28,971 bases of DNA from Acidobacteriota bacterium (GTDB taxonomy: Bacteria; Acidobacteriota; UBA6911; JACQSX01), in contig DASXQR010000061.1 of NCBI GenBank assembly GCA_036507075.1, positions 1 through 28,971 of the forward strand, written 5' to 3'. Under the pieces are notes generated by a model, which ran no database searches, was not told where the DNA came from, and saw only the letters and a list, made by a program, of their open reading frames with translations. Positions 25,388 to 28,971 of the stretch are shown here, in pieces. The first letter of the stretch is position 1. Every line of letters begins with the position of its first letter. The translations under genes and the position numbers were made by a program.

Positions 25388-25610
25388 AAATGCGGAATGC
25401 AGATTTCGGAATGCGGAATGTGGATTTCGGATTTCGGATTTCGGAATGCGGAATAAAAGCTGTCTGTCGTCCGCGCTCAGTTGTTCGTGGTCCATTGTTC
25501 CTTAACCAATTACGTAACCATGTACAACTGACCACGGACCACAGAGGACGAACAATGATTCCGCATTCCGCATTCCACATCCCGCATTCCGCATTCCACA
25601 TTCCGCATTT
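25388..25610. repeat. Nested heptamer palindromic element, copy 4
   Basis: Outer AAATGCGGA... and ...TCCGCATTT arms with about 7-8 heptamers each. Inner arms are TCAGTTG/TCGTGG and CAACTGA/CCACGGA. Confidence 0.88.
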
Positions 25611-25624
25611 GACAAGGAGGCCAT

Positions 25625-26671
25625 ATGCCCAAATCGGCGATCGATGCCATCGGGCCGGCGTTTCGTCAGACGCAGCGGCAGCTTTTCCGCCCTTTTCGTT
25701 TTGGCCGCTGGATGCGTTTTTCAATCATCGCTCTCGCCACCGGGGAGTTTGCCAGCACGGGATGGGGCGGCAGCGGCATTAGAATTCCGGCAAATCGCGG
25801 GGAGCGGAAGATCGGCATGTTGTTTCAGTCTGCATCCGACTCGAACTGGGGCCCGGATGCTGGATCCCTCGCAGTCGTGGGCATAGCCGTGCTGGCCACC
25901 ATAGTATTGATTCTGGCCTGGATGTACGTGGCGAGCGTTTTCAGATTCATTCTGCTGGAATCCGTGCTGCAGGACCGCTGTGAGATCATGCAGGGCTGGC
26001 GGCGCTGGCGCCCCCAGGGCGGGCGTTACTTCGTATGGATGCTGGCGCTCTCCGGCGCAGTTTTGGCGGGCCTGGTTGTAATCATCGGAGCTCCGGTCCT
26101 GATCGCCTGGCGTGCCGGCGTGTTTGACAATCCACGCGAGCACCTGGTGCTCCTGATTGCGGGAGGATTGACGATGTTGGTGGTGGTGGGAGGTCTGGTT
26201 TTGACGACCGCTCTTTTGGCGCTGCTCGGCAAGGATTTCCTGGTGCCGGTACTGGCGCTCGAGAATCTGACTCTCAAACAGGCCCTGAAAAGACTGGGTT
26301 CTTTGATTCGCGCTGAAAAGCTCCACTACGCGGGATATTTCGCGATGAGAATCGTCCTGTCATTCGGCAGCGCAATCCTGTTTGGCATTGTTGATCTGAT
26401 TGTTCTGTTCATAACGCTGGTCCCTGTCGCCCTTGCCGCGTTCGGGATCATTGCAATTGCACAGGCCGGCGGTCTTTCCTGGAACGTGCTCACCATCAGC
26501 GCCGCGATCGTAAGCGGGTCAGTGATCATCACAGGACTCCTGTGGCTGCTCGCCTTCATCTACACACCGGGCCTCGTCTTCTTTCAGTCATACCCGCTGC
26601 ATTTTCTTTCATCCAGATACCCTCCACTGGCCGAGCTGGAAGCACAGGCGCCAGTCCCTCCGTACCAATGA
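25625..26671 (+). CDS. Multi-pass membrane protein of unknown function
   Basis: AAGGAGG RBS and about 6 hydrophobic segments. The N-terminal SAIDAIGPAF..T...LFRPF....W looks like a conserved uncharacterised family. Confidence 0.85.
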   Translation: MPKSAIDAIGPAFRQTQRQLFRPFRFGRWMRFSIIALATGEFASTGWGGSGIRIPANRGERKIGMLFQSASDSNWGPDAGSLAVVGIAVLATIVLILAWMYVASVFRFILLESVLQDRCEIMQGWRRWRPQGGRYFVWMLALSGAVLAGLVVIIGAPVLIAWRAGVFDNPREHLVLLIAGGLTMLVVVGGLVLTTALLALLGKDFLVPVLALENLTLKQALKRLGSLIRAEKLHYAGYFAMRIVLSFGSAILFGIVDLIVLFITLVPVALAAFGIIAIAQAGGLSWNVLTISAAIVSGSVIITGLLWLLAFIYTPGLVFFQSYPLHFLSSRYPPLAELEAQAPVPPYQ

Positions 26672-26691
26672 CTCGACGCCTCAATTCCCAT

Positions 26692-27504
26692 CTACTGCAA
26701 AATAACTGACGGGCCGGAGCGTCCCTGCTTGGGCACGAAGTGAAACTTTACGGCCGCCGTGTTGTTGGTGTAGTCAGATTCTGGAAACAACTGTTCCGGA
26801 TTGACTTGATCCTCCAACACGTAGTCGCCCTCCGGAACGTTTGTCATCTGGATAAACTGGCACGACAGCAGGGCGACATATTGATCAGCCCAGGCGATTT
26901 TGATGCCCTGGTTGCTGCCACAGGACTGGTAAGAGGGAGGGCCGGGTTCGACATCGCCGAACTTAAAGGGCGCGACGTCGATGACACAAAAACCCTGCTT
27001 CCGGCCGACGACCAGGTCCCCTTTCTGTTTAGCCTGATCCAGCAGCCGGGCGTTTCGCCCCGAGTTTGTGGGTTGTGTTAAGTCGCGCTCGGCCACCCAC
27101 CTTTCGTAACCGTTGAGTGTCCAGAGCCGATAGTCCGCATATTCCTGGAAGTGCAGATGCTGGTGACACTCGCTGAACCGGAAGAGATCTCCCAAACAGC
27201 TCTTCGGATCGCCGACAAATAGATCCGCTTTGCCGATATTCGGCGTACTGGAAGTGAAGCGAAGCAATAAGTGCGTGCCAGGCGAATCGACACATCCTTC
27301 CCTGACCGTACATCCCGCCGCGCTGAACGTTTCTTCAGTGATATACATCTGCGCTTTCATCAGCCCCGAGTCGACAATCAAATCAGGGAGATTCGGCCCG
27401 ATAGGAACGGCGCACGGACCAAGCTGCGCTTCAACAAAGGCAGAGGCCAGTAAAGTTATTGCAGCGATGATCGTGAGTCGAAAAACAGCGAGGCTGGTTC
27501 TCAT
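26692..27504 (-). CDS. Secreted lysyl oxidase (LOX)-family protein
   Basis: LPDL, C..EGC, LLRF....N.G.AD, CHQHLH, KQGFCVID, QGI...AD.Y....CQFI....V.EG.Y.L...VNP.....ESDYTNN, colinear with the LOX catalytic domain. Signal peptide from ATG 27504 with GGAG RBS. Confidence 0.9.
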   Translation of the reverse strand: MRTSLAVFRLTIIAAITLLASAFVEAQLGPCAVPIGPNLPDLIVDSGLMKAQMYITEETFSAAGCTVREGCVDSPGTHLLLRFTSSTPNIGKADLFVGDPKSCLGDLFRFSECHQHLHFQEYADYRLWTLNGYERWVAERDLTQPTNSGRNARLLDQAKQKGDLVVGRKQGFCVIDVAPFKFGDVEPGPPSYQSCGSNQGIKIAWADQYVALLSCQFIQMTNVPEGDYVLEDQVNPEQLFPESDYTNNTAAVKFHFVPKQGRSGPSVILQ

Positions 27505-28026
27505 AAGGCTCCTTCCTGCAAGACAGAGATTGCTCTCCGGAAACAAACCCTTCGCGGACATTGCCTGTAAATTTATCGCGTGCCGTCTTATTTACATCGA
27601 TATCATTCCAAAGTCAAACACGCTGTTCGAGCGGCTCCGACGAGATTTCAGCGCCCTCTCGAGAAAGCATTAATTGGAGAAAAAAAGCCCTCTGAATAGA
27701 GCGAGACGCACGCGCCGCCAGTGAGAGCTGCTCGGATCCCAGTCGCGCTGGAACCTTCGAGCAATGCCACTTTTTTTGCGCCACGTCATCCTTAGAACAT
27801 CGATTATGTCCCGGGGGCGGCTATGGTTCTAAGCAGACGGGTGGGTTGTTTAATGTCGCTGTCACTTCTGATACTTGGCCAGTCAATTCAAGAGCGAGTC
27901 GAGCGCGGCACCGACTTCACATTCTCGAAGGCAAGCCGTACAGTCGCCCAGCCGCGGAGAAAACACCCCAAACTGACTGGCCACTGGTAACTCCTGCTCC
28001 AGGATTTTCCTGCTGAGGAAAAAGGC

Positions 28027-28032
28027 TATAAT
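28027..28032 (+). promoter_or_regulatory. -10 box of a probable leaderless or short-leader TA transcript
   Basis: TATAAT 9 nt before ATG 28042. No convincing -35 seen. Confidence 0.45.
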
Positions 28033-28041
28033 GGATCAAGT

Positions 28042-28218
28042 ATGTCCGCTGAATCGAAGAAATTGATCGAAGAGATCGAGAAGCTTGACGAACAACAACA
28101 AGCGGCGGTGAAGCAGTTCATCGCCTACCTTAAGAGCGCAAAAACCAGCCCCTTTTTATCGGCTGTTGATGACTTCATCGACAAGCATCCTGAGCTACTG
28201 CGTCGCCTGGCGCAATGA
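28042..28218 (+). CDS. Putative antitoxin (58 aa; below the ORF-track cutoff)
   Basis: MSAESKKLIEEIEKLDEQQQAAVKQFIAYLKSAKTSPFLSAVDDFIDKHPELLRRLAQ. The stop overlaps the next start (ATGA). The ELLRRLA terminus is typical of antitoxins preceding Doc/Fic toxins. Confidence 0.75.
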   Translation: MSAESKKLIEEIEKLDEQQQAAVKQFIAYLKSAKTSPFLSAVDDFIDKHPELLRRLAQ

Positions 28219-28350
28219 CCTACTGCCCCTCTGCGGAAGAGGTCATCGCTACACACAAACGACTGATTGATCGACGAGAGCGGCACGCTCAAGTTAAAAT
28301 CGCTGGCAGCTTGGCTCAGAGCACACTCTAGGCCCACCACCAATTCGTAG
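28215..28350 (+). pseudogene. doc: Doc/Fic-family toxin pseudogene with a large internal deletion
   Basis: The N-terminus MTYCPSAEEVIATHKRLIDR is joined out of frame to ESGTLKLKSLAAWLRAHSRPTTNS*. Both resemble Doc termini, and the HPFxDGNKR-type core is absent. Confidence 0.7.
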
Positions 28351-28462
28351 ACCGCAGTCACCTGTCCTTCAATATCGAGCCTGCAAGAACAGCAAGTCCG
28401 ATGCGAAACGCCCGAGTCAGAGCACTGGTAACTCTTGCCCCTGTCAACTTGTAACTTGAAAG

Positions 28463-28544
28463 TGCGAAAGGGGGGAGTCGAACCCCCACGGGTTTCCCCA
28501 CTGGATCCTAAGTCCAGCGCGTCTGCCATTTCCGCCACTTTCGC
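28463..28544 (-). tRNA. tRNA-Leu (anticodon TAG)
   Basis: GCGAAAG/CTTTCGC acceptor stem, GGCAGA D-loop, anticodon arm CTGGA-CTTAGGA-TCCAG, long variable arm GGG-AAA-CCC, GGGGG-TTCGACT-CCCCC T-arm and discriminator A. CCA is not fully encoded. Confidence 0.97.
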
Positions 28545-28848
28545 GCGGGTGCTGCTTTACTGCCGCCTGGGAAATCTATTTTACTTCAGGGAGCAGGTGT
28601 TGTCCTGCAATGGTAATTTACGGGGCTCCTTGCCGCCCTCTTGAGGCATGGGGCTTGATACCTTCGCGGAGTCAGTTGCGCTAGCTAGTGGACTGTAACG
28701 GATGAATTGCTAGTGGCTGCGCGTGGCGGCCACGCCGGGCTTGTCCCGGCGGAGCGGAGGATTTTTCACTAGAACGAAAACCCCACCGGCGTTTCAGCCG
28801 TTCTGGCATCGTCCTGACCACCGGGGCAATGACGTGAGAAGAAATCAG

Positions 28849-28971
28849 TACCGCGACCGTAAGGGAGCGCAGGGAGAATCTGACAAATTGCACCGACTCT
28901 TTCGCAACTGGTCGTTGGCCCGCAGCATTTTGGGCTTTGTGAAAGCAACAAACATTCTCCCTGCGCTCCCT
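28849..28971. repeat. REP-like inverted doublet truncated by the window end
   Basis: ACCGCGACCGTAAGGGAGCG arm and a perfect 18-bp inverted repeat at 28862-28879/28954-28971. Confidence 0.8.

Noticed and set aside
28400..28412. att-site duplication of the tRNA 3' end (TGCGAAA)
   Set aside because: Only 7 nt match and no integrase is present.
28125..28538. 137-aa minus-strand ORF starting MAEMADALDLGSSG
   Set aside because: It is a translation of tRNA-Leu and runs antisense to the TA locus.

Overview
Bacterial chromosomal window with moderately high GC. The secreted-protein families and repeat-filled intergenic regions suggest Acidobacteriota, which is an inference. The centre is an apparently complete minus-strand gas-vesicle operon (21554 to 11068): gvpF, gvpG, a tandem ArsA/Get3-family ATPase, gvpL, a small GvpA-family gene, another gvpL/F, gvpK, gvpJ, gvpA, a GAF-PAS-PAS histidine kinase and a REC-HK-REC hybrid kinase. 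It has a near-consensus sigma70 promoter. No gvpN, gvpC or gvpO is visible. The only NTPase among the gvp genes is a fused pseudo-dimeric ArsA-family enzyme carrying a Get3/TRC40-type CxxC in both halves, which is the best candidate for an undescribed system. Left flank: partial DinB-family gene, DUF3500 protein, HpcH aldolase with a signal peptide, secreted hypothetical protein, LacI regulator and a ~1800-aa BNR/Ig surface protein. Right flank: di-haem DHOR-family protein, small His-rich membrane protein, GDPD, membrane protein, secreted lysyl-oxidase homologue, an antitoxin plus an internally deleted doc toxin, and tRNA-Leu(TAG). Many intergenic gaps hold palindromic or tandem-repeat elements from several recurring families. 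All family calls come from motif recognition, not database searches.
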